Source of the DNA: Clostridia bacterium | GTDB taxonomy: Bacteria; Bacillota; Limnochordia; DTU080; RSA5 | Assembly (NCBI GenBank): GCA_002919235.1 | Contig: PKEX01000028.1 | Coordinates: 2,839 to 66,838, forward strand | Reading direction: 5' to 3' | DNA length: 64,000 bases | In this document: positions 46,734-56,546 of the stretch, piece by piece | Layout: each line of letters begins with the position of its first letter | How positions within the stretch are numbered: position 1 is the first letter of the stretch | Translations under genes and position numbers: made by a program | The notes under the pieces: generated by a model | The model's input: the letters and a program-made list of their open reading frames with translations, nothing else | Database searches by the model: none | Told to the model about the DNA's origin: nothing

Positions 46734-47645
46734 TCAGCTTTCGGACCCTGCATCGTGCGTGGAGCTCTGGACCATCGGCGCTGCGGCCCGCTCCCGGGCG
46801 AGGCGGCGCCACCGCGCCTGGAGCAGGGCCACGGCCAGCGCCGCGGCGGGCCCGGCCAGCATGAGGAAGAAGGGCACTTCGATGCCGAAGGAGCTCAAGA
46901 GCGTGCGGCCGTTGGACAGGAGGATCATGGCGGCCACCGCGATCCCCAGCACCTGCGTGGGCAGCATTCGCACCGCCCAGGCCGCCAGGGGAGCGGCGAA
47001 GATGCCGCCGATGACCAGGGCTAAAGCTCCGGTGGCGTTGATGCCCTGCCAGCCCAAGGAGAGGGTAAACCCGGCGGTGGCCGAGAGCGCCACCAGGAAC
47101 TCGCTGGCGTCGACGGAGCCTATCACCTTGCGGGCGTCGCTCTCCCTGCCGGCCAGCAGCGTCGAAGTGGAGATGGGCCCCCAGCCGCCGCCTCCGGTGG
47201 CGTCGAAAAAGCCGGCGACGAGGCCAAGAAGGGTCAGAAACCGAGGGGAGTACCGCGGCGGCCGGCGGCGGGAGGGGGCCGGGGGCCGGGCGAAGCGGAT
47301 CAGGACGGTGACGCCCAGGGCGAGAAGAAACGCGGAGACGAGAGGGCGGGCCAGCGCCACCGGCAGCGACGAGAGGACGAAGGCGCCGGCGAATGCCCCG
47401 ATCGCGCCCGGAAGGGCCAGGCGCCAGACCACGGCGCGGTCCACGTTGCCGAAGCGCCAGTGGGCGATGCCGGAGACCAGCGTGGTGACCACCTCGCCGG
47501 CGTGCACCGAAGCGGATACGGTGGCCGGCGCGAGGCCGAGGGTGAGGAGCAGCGTGGTCGACGTGACCCCGTACCCCATTCCCAGGGCGCCGTCGATGAG
47601 CTGGGCGACGAATCCGGATACCGCCAGGATCAAGAGCTGACTCAC
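46734..47645 (-). CDS. TauE/SafE (DUF81) family anion exporter
   Basis: GTG at 47645 gives VSQLLILAVSGFVAQLIDGALGMGYGV.... Eight hydrophobic segments with the duplicated G-x-G-G motif (FFDATGGGGWGPI) are present. Confidence 0.8.
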   Translation of the reverse strand: MSQLLILAVSGFVAQLIDGALGMGYGVTSTTLLLTLGLAPATVSASVHAGEVVTTLVSGIAHWRFGNVDRAVVWRLALPGAIGAFAGAFVLSSLPVALARPLVSAFLLALGVTVLIRFARPPAPSRRRPPRYSPRFLTLLGLVAGFFDATGGGGWGPISTSTLLAGRESDARKVIGSVDASEFLVALSATAGFTLSLGWQGINATGALALVIGGIFAAPLAAWAVRMLPTQVLGIAVAAMILLSNGRTLLSSFGIEVPFFLMLAGPAAALAVALLQARWRRLARERAAAPMVQSSTHDAGSES

Positions 47646-47836
47646 GATGCAGGGCCCCCCTCGTCCGTGCGCCGCCGGCCTCCGGCAGGCAAGGCGGGCC
47701 GGGCGGCTGCTCAAGCTACCGTCCACGATATGAGGGGGATTAGCTCCTGGTTCCTGGGCTGGGGGGTGCGTGCGCGCGGAGGAGGGCCCCGGCGCGGGAT
47801 GGCTGGGCTCCCGGGCCGTGCGCACCGCCTTGGGGC

Positions 47837-49045
47837 CTACGGCTGGGCGGTCTCGGCGCTCTTGAGCGCGGCGCCCTGCGCCCGCATGTAGAGCCAGGCG
47901 CCGGCCAGGGTGAGGGCTGAGGTGAGAAACGGCAGGTTGGGGAACAGGTCGTACGCGTAGCCGGCCCAGAGCGGACCGATCACCCTGCCGAGGCTGTCGA
48001 ACGAGCTCTGAACTCCCATGGTGATCCCCTGCGGCAGCTCCGTCACTTTGGAGAGGAGCGACGTGGCGGGCGGCCGGGTGACCGCCATGGAGACGGAGGT
48101 GAGGGCGACGCAGGCCACGGCGAGGACCAGGGCCGGAGACGCCGCAAGGCCCACGTACGCGGCGGCGCCCAGCGCGAGCCCTGCTAGCAGGGTGGGAAAC
48201 TCGCCGAGGCGGGCGGTGATCGGCCCGATGGCGGCGCCTTGAAAGAGCGCGGCGACGACGCCGGTGACGGCGAAGGCCATGCTGACCTGCGACGGACTGG
48301 CGCCAAAGCGGTCGGTGAGCAGGTAGGCCAGGGACGTCATGTGGCTACCTTGCGAGAACATGATGAAAAACGCCAGCAGGTAGTACGGCTTTCCGGGCCC
48401 GGATAGAGCCAGGCGGAGCCTGGAAAGGGCGGACGCCCTAGCGGCGACGCGGGCTCCCGCGGCGCCGGCGTCCGGGGCGCTGCGCCGGGGAGGCTCCTGC
48501 AGCACTCTTACGGAAAGGGCGACCGTGGCAAGGCCCATGGCGCCGCCGGTAAAGAAGGGCACCGAAAAGCCGAGGGGAATGAGCACCCCACTGATCAGCG
48601 GGCCGAAGATGAACCCTGCTCCCAGCGCGGCTCCCATCAAGCCCATGGCCTTGGCCCGGTTGTCGTCATCGCTGAGCTCGGCGGCCATCGCTTGGGCGGT
48701 GGGGATGGCCGCCGAACTCAAGAAGCCCCCGAGCACCCGCGCCGCAAACAGCATCCAGAAGCTGCGGGCAAGTCCCATAAAAAAGAAGGAGAGCGCCAGC
48801 CCGGTGATCCCCAAAAGCAGCACCTTCTTGCGCCCGGTGCGGTCTGAAACCTGGCCCCACACGGGGGCGAAGAGGAACTGGACCGCGGAGTAGCTGGCCG
48901 TCATGAGCCCCAGCATCCCGGCGGAAGCGCCGAACTCCCGGGCGATCAGGGGCAGAATGGGGATGACGAGCCCAAAGCCGACGGAGGTGACGAACAAGAC
49001 GAAGAAAAGGGTCATCAACGGGACGTTCGGCTTGGACCGTGCCAT
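47837..49045 (-). CDS. MFS transporter (drug:H+ antiporter-like)
   Basis: 402 aa with 12 predicted TM segments and the MFS motif-A-like GQVSDRTGRKKVLL between TM2 and TM3. Confidence 0.85.
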   Translation of the reverse strand: MARSKPNVPLMTLFFVLFVTSVGFGLVIPILPLIAREFGASAGMLGLMTASYSAVQFLFAPVWGQVSDRTGRKKVLLLGITGLALSFFFMGLARSFWMLFAARVLGGFLSSAAIPTAQAMAAELSDDDNRAKAMGLMGAALGAGFIFGPLISGVLIPLGFSVPFFTGGAMGLATVALSVRVLQEPPRRSAPDAGAAGARVAARASALSRLRLALSGPGKPYYLLAFFIMFSQGSHMTSLAYLLTDRFGASPSQVSMAFAVTGVVAALFQGAAIGPITARLGEFPTLLAGLALGAAAYVGLAASPALVLAVACVALTSVSMAVTRPPATSLLSKVTELPQGITMGVQSSFDSLGRVIGPLWAGYAYDLFPNLPFLTSALTLAGAWLYMRAQGAALKSAETAQP

Positions 49046-49344
49046 CGCTGCTCGCTCGCTCCTTCACGGGGCTGGCCGGCGCAGAGCCCGAGCCGCTGAA
49101 AGGATTACCCGGACGCCGGCGGGGAAGGCAAGGTGCGCATCCAATCGAACACCAGGATAGCACGAAGGCGCGCAGAAGTCACGGACCCCTCTGCTTCGAA
49201 GACCCGCCGGGGAACCGGCGGGAGATCTGCCACCGGCTAAATTAGGAACCGCAAAATCCACTCTTTCGATTGCGGGACGAATCGAGTACAATAGTGCGTG
49301 CCTGTGGGTGGTATTATGACCTGACGGAGGACGATCGCTGCCAA

Positions 49345-50421
49345 TTGGTCGAGCTGGTGGAGCTGACAAAGCGCTTTGGCGACGTGGTGGCCGTCGACGG
49401 CATCTCGCTCTCGGTGAGGCCGGGAGAGTTCCTGACGCTCCTTGGGCCCAGCGGGTGCGGCAAGACCACCACGCTCCGGATGATTGCGGGATTTGAAAAC
49501 CCGACCAGCGGCGAGATCTACATCGACGGCGTTGAGATGGGCGACAAGCCTCCCTACCTGCGCCCGGTCAACACCGTCTTCCAGCAATACGCGCTCTTTC
49601 CTCATCTAACGGTTTATGATAACATTGCGTTTGGTCTGCGCGTGAAGAAGGTCAAAGAGGCTGAGGTCCGGGCCCGCGTCGAGCGGGTGGTCCGAATGCT
49701 GGGCCTTGAGGGCCTGGAAGGAAGGCGTCCCCGGCAGCTCTCCGGCGGGCAGCAGCAGCGGGTGGCTTTGGCCCGGGCGCTGGTGGTGGAGCCCAAGGTG
49801 CTCCTGCTCGACGAGCCGCTGGGCGCATTGGACCTCAAGCTTCGCCAGCAGATCCAGCTTGAGATCAAGGCGCTGCAGAACGCCTTGGGCATCACGTTTA
49901 TCTACGTCACCCACGACCAGGATGAAGCGCTCACCATGTCCGACCGGATCGTGGTGATGCGCGGCGGCCGCATTGAGCAAGTGGGCACGCCCCGCCAGAT
50001 CTACACGATGCCCGAGACCCGCTTCGTCGCCTCGTTTATCGGCGAAGCCAATATTTTCGACGGCATCGCGGTGGAGGAAGGTGGAACCGGCGGGGCCATC
50101 GAATGGAAGGGTCGCGTTTTGAGAGGCCGGCAGGCCGTGCGCCCCATACCGGAGGGGAGCGCGGCGGCTCTCATCGTCCGGCCGGAGGATGTCTGCTTGT
50201 CGCGCGTTGACGGCGAACCCGAGCCGGCCGGCGATGAGCTCATCGGCCGGGTTGTAGAAGAGATCTATGGAGGGGATCACGTGCGTATCATGGTCCAGCT
50301 GACGGATGGCATGCGGATCCGAGCCCGCGTCGGTAGCGAGCAGGCCGGCCTCTATCCGGTGGGTTCCACGGTGAAAGTGGCCTGGCCCGAGGGAGCACCT
50401 ATCCTGGTGGCGGGCGATTAG
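49345..50421 (+). CDS. potA: spermidine/putrescine ABC transporter ATP-binding protein PotA
   Basis: Walker A GPSGCGKTT, signature LSGGQQQR, Walker B LLLDEPLGALD and a C-terminal TOBE-like domain are present. The start is uncertain: TTG 49345, GTG 49357 or the track start 49270. Confidence 0.85.
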   Translation: MVELVELTKRFGDVVAVDGISLSVRPGEFLTLLGPSGCGKTTTLRMIAGFENPTSGEIYIDGVEMGDKPPYLRPVNTVFQQYALFPHLTVYDNIAFGLRVKKVKEAEVRARVERVVRMLGLEGLEGRRPRQLSGGQQQRVALARALVVEPKVLLLDEPLGALDLKLRQQIQLEIKALQNALGITFIYVTHDQDEALTMSDRIVVMRGGRIEQVGTPRQIYTMPETRFVASFIGEANIFDGIAVEEGGTGGAIEWKGRVLRGRQAVRPIPEGSAAALIVRPEDVCLSRVDGEPEPAGDELIGRVVEEIYGGDHVRIMVQLTDGMRIRARVGSEQAGLYPVGSTVKVAWPEGAPILVAGD

Positions 50422-50425
50422 CGCG

Positions 50426-51325
50426 GTGGCTACGTCCCAGACCCTCGCGCGCCAGGGCGCCCTCAACGTATCCGACGTCCAGCGCCCCAGGTCGGTGGGA
50501 GCCCATCTCCTCTTGCTCCCCGCGTACCTGTGGCTCGGTATCTTCTTCTTGCTCCCGCTCGTCATCATCGTGTACTACAGCCTCACTGTCCGCACGCCCC
50601 TGGGCGGTTCGGAGGCTGTGTTCACGCTTGAGCACTACGCACGGCTTTGGGATCCGCTGTACGCTCGCATCTTCTGGCGGTCGCTGTGGCTCGCGGTGGC
50701 CACCACCGTCATCACCATCCTGATGGCGTATCCCTTCGCCTACGCGCTGGCCCGTACGCCGCAGCGGTGGAAAAACCTCCTGCTCTTGCTCAGCGTCATT
50801 CCCTTCTGGACCAACTTTTTGGTCCGCACGTACGCCTGGATGGTGATCCTCCGCTCCAACGGGCTGGTCAACACGGCCCTGATGAGCCTGGGGCTGATCG
50901 AGCAGCCCCTCCCGCTCCTGTTTACGCCGGGCTCGGTGCTTCTCGGCCTGGTCTACGGCTTTCTGCCGTTCATGATCCTCCCGATTTACGCGGCCATTGA
51001 CCGGCTGGAGCCCAGCCTGCTCGAGGCCGCGGCGGATCTGGGCGCGCGCCCGTGGCAGACGTTCTGGCGCGTCACGCTGCCGCTGACCGCACCGGGGATC
51101 GCCGCCGGCGTCCTGCTGGTCTTCGTGCCGGCGCTGGGCATGTTCATCATCCCCGACCTGATGGGCGGGGCCAAGGTGACCCTCATCGGGAACCTGATTC
51201 AAAACCAGTTCCTGAGCGCCCGGAACTGGCAGTTTGGCTCGGCGGCCAGCGTGGTGCTGATGGCCCTCGTCGTCCTAGGGCTCAGGCTCTACAAACGCTT
51301 TTTCCGTTTGGAAGGGGTGTTCTGA
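50426..51325 (+). CDS. potB: spermidine/putrescine ABC transporter permease PotB
   Basis: Six TM segments and the EAA loop LLEAAADLGARPWQTFWRVTLPLTAPGIAAG. Confidence 0.85.
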   Translation: MATSQTLARQGALNVSDVQRPRSVGAHLLLLPAYLWLGIFFLLPLVIIVYYSLTVRTPLGGSEAVFTLEHYARLWDPLYARIFWRSLWLAVATTVITILMAYPFAYALARTPQRWKNLLLLLSVIPFWTNFLVRTYAWMVILRSNGLVNTALMSLGLIEQPLPLLFTPGSVLLGLVYGFLPFMILPIYAAIDRLEPSLLEAAADLGARPWQTFWRVTLPLTAPGIAAGVLLVFVPALGMFIIPDLMGGAKVTLIGNLIQNQFLSARNWQFGSAASVVLMALVVLGLRLYKRFFRLEGVF

Positions 51326-51327
51326 CC

Positions 51328-52251
51328 GTGGGACGCAGGGGGCTGCGGGTTGCAGCCGGAGCTTACATGGCGCTCATCTTCTTCTTCCTTTACTTCCCCA
51401 TCGGGGTCCTGGTGGTCTTCTCGTTCAACGCGTCGAGGATCAACGCCACGTGGCAGGGCTTTACCCTCGATTGGTACCGCCAGCTTTTCCACGACTTCGC
51501 CATTTGGGCCGCGACCAGCAACAGCCTGATCGTAGGGGTGGCGTCCGCCGCCATCTCGACGGTGATCGGCACCATGGCGGCCTTTGCGCTCCATCGCTAC
51601 TCCTTCCGGGGCAAGGCGGCGTTTGAATCGCTCCTCCAGCTTCCCATCGTCATCCCGGAGATCGTGATGGGCGTCTCCCTGCTGGCGTTCTTCGTCCTCA
51701 TCGAGATGCCGCTGGGCCTGCACACCGTCACCATCGCCCACGTGGCGTTCAACATCTCCTTCGTCACCGTCGTGGTGCGCGCCCGCCTCTACGCCTTCGA
51801 CTTCACGCTGGAGGAGGCGGCGATGGACCTGGGCGCGAACCGGTGGCAGACCTTCTTCAAGGTGACCTTGCCGCTCATCGCGCCCGGCGTGGCCGCAGGC
51901 TTTCTGATCGCGCTCACGCTCTCCTTGGACGATTTCATCATCGCCTTCTTCACCGCCGGGCCGGGCGCCAACACCCTGCCCATGCAGGTCTACTCCATGA
52001 TGCGCTTCGGCGTCACGCCCAAGGTGAATGCCCTGTCCACGCTGATGCTGGCGGTGGTGATCCTCATCGGCGTGGTGGGACAGTTCATCTTCCGGGGCCG
52101 GAAAGAGACGCCGGTTCCGGAAGAGGAAATCCATCCGGTGCCAAGGGGGTTCGAGGTCTATGCGAAAGCTGGCTCTGATCGTGCTCGGGTGCCTGTTGGC
52201 GCTGTCGGCGCCCGCAGCAGCCCAGACGCTCAACATCTACAACTGGGCTGA
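51328..52251 (+). CDS. potC: spermidine/putrescine ABC transporter permease PotC
   Basis: GTG at 51328 lies 2 nt after the potB stop. The EAA loop is LEEAAMDLGANRWQTFFKVTLPLIAPGVAAG. The reading frame stays open ~45 codons past the last TM and overlaps potD by 92 nt. Confidence 0.8.
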   Translation: MGRRGLRVAAGAYMALIFFFLYFPIGVLVVFSFNASRINATWQGFTLDWYRQLFHDFAIWAATSNSLIVGVASAAISTVIGTMAAFALHRYSFRGKAAFESLLQLPIVIPEIVMGVSLLAFFVLIEMPLGLHTVTIAHVAFNISFVTVVVRARLYAFDFTLEEAAMDLGANRWQTFFKVTLPLIAPGVAAGFLIALTLSLDDFIIAFFTAGPGANTLPMQVYSMMRFGVTPKVNALSTLMLAVVILIGVVGQFIFRGRKETPVPEEEIHPVPRGFEVYAKAGSDRARVPVGAVGARSSPDAQHLQLG

Positions 52252-53182
52252 CTACCTGGATGACGCGGTCATCCGGGAGTTTGAGCGGGAATACGGCATC
52301 CGTGTAATCTATAACGTCTATTCCAACAACGAAGAGCTGCACGCGCGCCTTCGGGGCGGCGCGTCGGGGTACGATGTCATCTTCCCCAGCGACTATATGG
52401 CGGAAGTGCTGATCGCCGAGGGCCTGCTGCAGCCCATTCCCCGTGAGGCCGTGCCCAACCTGGCCTACATCGACGAGCGGTTCCTGGATCTGCCGTTCGA
52501 TCCCGGCAACCAGTACACCGTGCCCTACCTTTGGGGCTCCACCGGGATCGGCGTGAACACCCGCTACGTGAAGGAGCCGGTGGACAGCTGGGACATCCTG
52601 TGGGATCCCAAGTACCGGGGCCGCATCGCCATGCTGAACGATCCGCGGGAGGTGTTCGGCGTCGCGCTGAAGCGGCTGGGCTACTCGGCCAACACCCGGG
52701 ATCTTGAAGCGCTGGAGAAGGCGAAGGAGCTCCTGGTTGAGCAAAAGCCGCTGGTCCTCACCTACGACAGCGACAACACGGAGATTCTCCTGGTCTCCGA
52801 AGAGGTGTGGCTGGCTCACGGCTACTCCGGCGACGTGCTCCGGGCGATGGAGGACAACCCCGACATCACGTACGTGGTGCCCAAAGAGGGCGGGCTCCTC
52901 TGGATGGACGTGATGGCGATTCCCAAGACCGCTCGCAACGTGGACGGGGCCCTGAAGTTCATCAACTTCATCCTGCGGCCCGACATCCACGCCCGGCTGG
53001 CGGAGGCGAACCAGTACCCGACGCCCAACCGGGCGGCCTGGGAGTACCACGACGAGGAGTTCCGGCAAAACCCCGCCATCTACGTGCCGGACGACGTGAT
53101 GGAGCGGATGGAGTGGATCGAGGACCTGGGCGACATGGCGACGGTCGTCGACCGCCTCTGGACCGAAGTGAAGGCGGACTGA
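52160..53182 (+). CDS. potD: spermidine/putrescine ABC transporter substrate-binding protein PotD
   Basis: Signal peptide MRKLALIVLGCLLALSAPAAAQ is followed by LNIYNWADYLD...PYLWGSTGIGVN..., a PotD/PotF family pattern. Confidence 0.9.
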   Translation: MRKLALIVLGCLLALSAPAAAQTLNIYNWADYLDDAVIREFEREYGIRVIYNVYSNNEELHARLRGGASGYDVIFPSDYMAEVLIAEGLLQPIPREAVPNLAYIDERFLDLPFDPGNQYTVPYLWGSTGIGVNTRYVKEPVDSWDILWDPKYRGRIAMLNDPREVFGVALKRLGYSANTRDLEALEKAKELLVEQKPLVLTYDSDNTEILLVSEEVWLAHGYSGDVLRAMEDNPDITYVVPKEGGLLWMDVMAIPKTARNVDGALKFINFILRPDIHARLAEANQYPTPNRAAWEYHDEEFRQNPAIYVPDDVMERMEWIEDLGDMATVVDRLWTEVKAD

Positions 53183-53189
53183 GAAAGAC

Positions 53190-53221
53190 AAGGCGCCTTG
53201 CGCAAAGCAAGGCGCCTTTTT
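53190..53221 (+). terminator. intrinsic terminator after potD
   Basis: AAGGCGCCTTGC (53190-53201) pairs with GCAAGGCGCCTT (53207-53218) around a 5-nt loop and runs into TTTTT (53217-53221). Confidence 0.85.
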
Positions 53222-53368
53222 CGTTTGATCTTTGAGGACGCCCGCGGCGGGCACGGCGCAGCCCCTTGCCGAGCCCGCGCGGAACCGGTAGGCGGGCGCT
53301 CCTGCGCGGCGGGGTAAGACGTCCGTGGCGACCGGCGGCGGCGACGGCCTGCACCAGCGCCGGGGGTG

Positions 53369-54754
53369 TTACACCGCGCTGGGGCCCGATGCCTCTTGCG
53401 GAGCAAACGCGGCCAGATGCCGCGCCTCGGTCCGCCGCAGCCGGAGCCAAAGTCCCAAGGCCGCGACGGCGAGGCCGCTGATGAGCCCGATCCAGTAGCC
53501 GTAGGGGCCCAAGCGGGTCCAGTGGGCCAGCGTATACCCCGTGGGCAGCCCCACGCACCAGTGGGCCAGCAGCACCACCGCGAGGACCACGGAGACGTCT
53601 TTGTAGCCCCGGAGCGTTCCTTGGATCGGCGCCCCGACGGCGTCGGAGAGCTGGAAGAAGATCACGTAGCGGAGAAACGACTGCACCAGTGCGAGGAGCT
53701 CCGGATCCCTGGTGTAAAGCCCTGCGATCTGCTTTGAAAAGAGCGAGAGCGAGAGCATGATGACGGCCGCGACCGAGATGGAGGCGGTGAGGCCCAGGCG
53801 GCGGTATTGGATCGCGTCGCGGATCCGGCCGGCGCCCACCTCGAAACCGACGACGATGGTGAGCGCCTGGGCGACGCTCAAGGGGAACATGAAGAGCAGG
53901 GTGCTGAAGCTGAGCGCCGACTGGTGGGCTGCGACCACCAGCGTGCCGAACCCGCTCATCAGCAGCGAGACCAGGGAGAAGATCCCGATTTCCAGAGCGA
54001 TGGTGAGCCCTATGGGAATGCCCACGCGCAGCTGCTCCCCCCATGCCCGGGGCTGGATCTGAAGCGGCTGCCGGAAGACGGCGTACGAGGCGAAAGGCTG
54101 CACCTGGGCGGCGAGGAACAAGGCGATGGCCAGCTCGATCCAGTAGGTCACCGCCGAGGCGTAGCCCGCTCCCACGCCGCCCAGCGCGGGAAAGCCCGCT
54201 TTGCCGAAGATGAGGAGGTAGTTGAAAAGCACATTGACCGGCAGCCCGATCAGGGCGATGGCCATCGTCACCCGGGTGAGGCCCAGGGCGTCGAAGAAGC
54301 AGCGAAGCACATTGTAGGCCAGCGCCGGCACCAAGCCCCACGAGAGCGCGATGAGATAGCGGTGGGCAATGGCGCGGACCTCGGGCTCCAGATCCATCGC
54401 CCCCAGGAGCAGGGGAAGGCCGGTGGCGCCCGCCGCGACCAGCACGCCGCAGAGAACCAGCGAGAGATAAAGCCCTTGCAGGACGGTGGCGGAGACCTCC
54501 TGTTTGCGCCCGGCGCCCAAATGCTGCGCCACGATGGGCGTCACCGCCAGCAGAATGCCCCCGACCCCGTTGACCACCGGCGCCCAGATGTTCCCCCCGA
54601 TGGCCACCCCTGCCAGGTCGCGGGCGCTGAACCGGCCGGACATCATCGCATCGAGCACCTGGATGCCGGCCAGCGCGGCCTGGGTGACGAAGATGGGGAC
54701 AAAGATGACGAACAGCTGCTGTAGCTTCTCGGAGATGGTGTAGGTCTGCTTCAT
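53369..54754 (-). CDS. MATE-family efflux transporter
   Basis: The start is placed at ATG 54754 (MKQTYTISEKLQQLFVIFVPIFVTQAALAGIQVLDAMMSGRFSARDLAGVAIG), the standard MATE/NorM N-terminus. It has 12 TM segments. The track ORF extends a further 92 codons upstream. Confidence 0.85.
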   Translation of the reverse strand: MKQTYTISEKLQQLFVIFVPIFVTQAALAGIQVLDAMMSGRFSARDLAGVAIGGNIWAPVVNGVGGILLAVTPIVAQHLGAGRKQEVSATVLQGLYLSLVLCGVLVAAGATGLPLLLGAMDLEPEVRAIAHRYLIALSWGLVPALAYNVLRCFFDALGLTRVTMAIALIGLPVNVLFNYLLIFGKAGFPALGGVGAGYASAVTYWIELAIALFLAAQVQPFASYAVFRQPLQIQPRAWGEQLRVGIPIGLTIALEIGIFSLVSLLMSGFGTLVVAAHQSALSFSTLLFMFPLSVAQALTIVVGFEVGAGRIRDAIQYRRLGLTASISVAAVIMLSLSLFSKQIAGLYTRDPELLALVQSFLRYVIFFQLSDAVGAPIQGTLRGYKDVSVVLAVVLLAHWCVGLPTGYTLAHWTRLGPYGYWIGLISGLAVAALGLWLRLRRTEARHLAAFAPQEASGPSAV

Positions 54755-54903
54755 CGCAATCCCTTCGCCCAATACTGCCATTATAGCCCCGCGGGCAGAG
54801 GCTGTCATCCCGCGCAGGGTGCCCTGGGCGCAGGGCACGCCGACCAGCAGTCCCTTTTTGCGATGGCGCAAAGACGGGGCGGCCCGCAGCCGGTAGCCTG
54901 GAG

Positions 54904-56136
54904 GTGACGGAGACGCCGCAGGCCGGCTTTCCGCCGGCCGCTGGATCTGCCGGCTGCGGCCGGGACGAGACGTCCAGGCGGCAGCGCTTCGCTGGAGGAG
55001 GGATCGTCGTGGCGGCACGCAGCGCCGCACGGCTCATCCCCGGGGCAGCGGGCATCGTCGCCCTCGCCGCCGGGTTGTGGACGTCGCTGGCGAGGTTGGG
55101 GTTTGAGGTCGAAGGGGTCCAGTCGCTCAACCACGGACCGCTGATGGTGGGCGGGTTCATCGGCACCATCATCGCATTGGAAAGGGCGGTCGCGCTGGGG
55201 CGGCCGTGGGGCTACGCCGGGCCCGCTCTCGGCGCCGTGGCCGCCGTGATGCTGCTCTTTTCCGCACCCTACCAAGCGGCGGCTGTCCCCCTCTTCCTCT
55301 CGTCGCTGGTCCTCCTGGCCACGTTCGCGGTTTTCATCAAGAGAGGCGCCGCGGACTTTACCGTGATCATGGCGGTGGGCGCCCTGGCCTGGACGGTGGG
55401 CAACGGCCTGCTGCTCAGCGGCTGGCTGATCCCCCACGTGGTTCCGTGGTGGGCCGGGTTTCTGATCCTCACCATCGCCGGGGAGCGGATCGAGATGAGC
55501 CGCGTGCGGCCCCGGCCGCCCTGGGCCCGGCGGTTCACGCACACGCTGGTGGGCCTTTACGCCGCGGCGCTCTTTCTCACGCTGGTCGACCACGACCTGG
55601 GCGTGCGCGCCGGCGGCGTGACCCTCATCGCCCTCTGCCTGGCGCTGGCGCACGGGGACGTGGCCCGCTGGACCCGCAGGAGCCAGGGCGTGGCCCGCTA
55701 CGCCGCTTACAGCATCCTTTCGGGATACGCATGGCTCGCGCTGTCCGGCCTGCTCGCCGCAGTGTTTGGCCAGCCCCTGGGCGGGCTGCACTACGACGCC
55801 TGGACGCATTCGGTCTTCGTGGGCTTTGTGATGGTGATGATCATGGCGCATGCGCCGATCATCCTGCCGGCGGTGGCCGGGATCGCCGTGGCGTTCTCCC
55901 GCTGGATGTACGTGCCGGTGATCCTGCTCCAGGCGTCGCTGGTGCTGCGCATCGCCGCCGATCTCATGCTGTGGTGGAGCGGCCGGCAGTGGACGGGCCT
56001 CTTGAACGTGGTGGCCGTGGTGCTGTTCCTGGCAGTGATGGTCCGGGGAGCGCTCAGGGCGCGGCGGGCCGCGGGCGCCGAAGCGCAGCCCCAGCCGGCG
56101 GGATCGCCCGCGACCTTGGTCCCGGTGAAGGAGTGA
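54904..56136 (+). CDS. polytopic membrane protein of unknown function
   Basis: About 10-12 hydrophobic segments. Recurring motifs are HGPLMVGGFIGTIIALERAVAL, LTIAGERIEMSR and MAHAPIILP. The start is uncertain because the N-terminal ~40 aa are non-membrane and Arg/Gly-rich. The stop abuts the DUF59 gene. Confidence 0.6.
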   Translation: MTETPQAGFPPAAGSAGCGRDETSRRQRFAGGGIVVAARSAARLIPGAAGIVALAAGLWTSLARLGFEVEGVQSLNHGPLMVGGFIGTIIALERAVALGRPWGYAGPALGAVAAVMLLFSAPYQAAAVPLFLSSLVLLATFAVFIKRGAADFTVIMAVGALAWTVGNGLLLSGWLIPHVVPWWAGFLILTIAGERIEMSRVRPRPPWARRFTHTLVGLYAAALFLTLVDHDLGVRAGGVTLIALCLALAHGDVARWTRRSQGVARYAAYSILSGYAWLALSGLLAAVFGQPLGGLHYDAWTHSVFVGFVMVMIMAHAPIILPAVAGIAVAFSRWMYVPVILLQASLVLRIAADLMLWWSGRQWTGLLNVVAVVLFLAVMVRGALRARRAAGAEAQPQPAGSPATLVPVKE

Positions 56137-56141
56137 CGGCC

Positions 56142-56450
56142 GTGGAAATCGACACGCAGCGGATCTGGACGGCTCTCAAGAGCGTGCTCGATCCCGAGCT
56201 GGGAGTGAACATCGTCGACCTCGGGCTGGTGTACGACGTGAAAATCGACCACGGCCACGTGGACGTGCGGATGACGATGACCACCCCTGCGTGCCCCCTG
56301 AGCTCGTATTTCCAGCACGTCATTCCCCGGGTGGTTTCAGAGCAGGTGGAGGAAGTGGGCTCCGTCTCGGTGCGGCTGGTCTGGGATCCGCCGTGGAGAC
56401 CCGAGATGATGTCCGACGAAGCCAAGAAAGCCCTGGGCTGGTGGCGCTGA
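56142..56450 (+). CDS. DUF59 (SufT/MIP18-like metal-sulfur cluster assembly factor) protein
   Basis: GTG at 56142 lies 8 nt after AAGGAG (56128-56133). LKSVLDPELGVNIVDLGLVYDV...MTMTTPACPL is the DUF59 signature including the conserved Cys. Confidence 0.85.
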   Translation: MEIDTQRIWTALKSVLDPELGVNIVDLGLVYDVKIDHGHVDVRMTMTTPACPLSSYFQHVIPRVVSEQVEEVGSVSVRLVWDPPWRPEMMSDEAKKALGWWR

Positions 56451-56546
56451 GGCACCAGGGGAGAGGGGCGCGGCGGCCGGGCTGATTCGCCGGCGCCCCG
56501 TCTCGTCTCGCCCGCCGCCGGCGTGAGAACAGGAGGCGGATTCCCC

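Noticed and set aside
54904-56136. I considered an NnrS or CtaG family assignment for the polytopic membrane protein.
   Set aside because: I could not find the NnrS-type HAHEMLFGF / GGRIIPxFT motifs, only loosely similar His-containing helices. The protein is left as unknown function.
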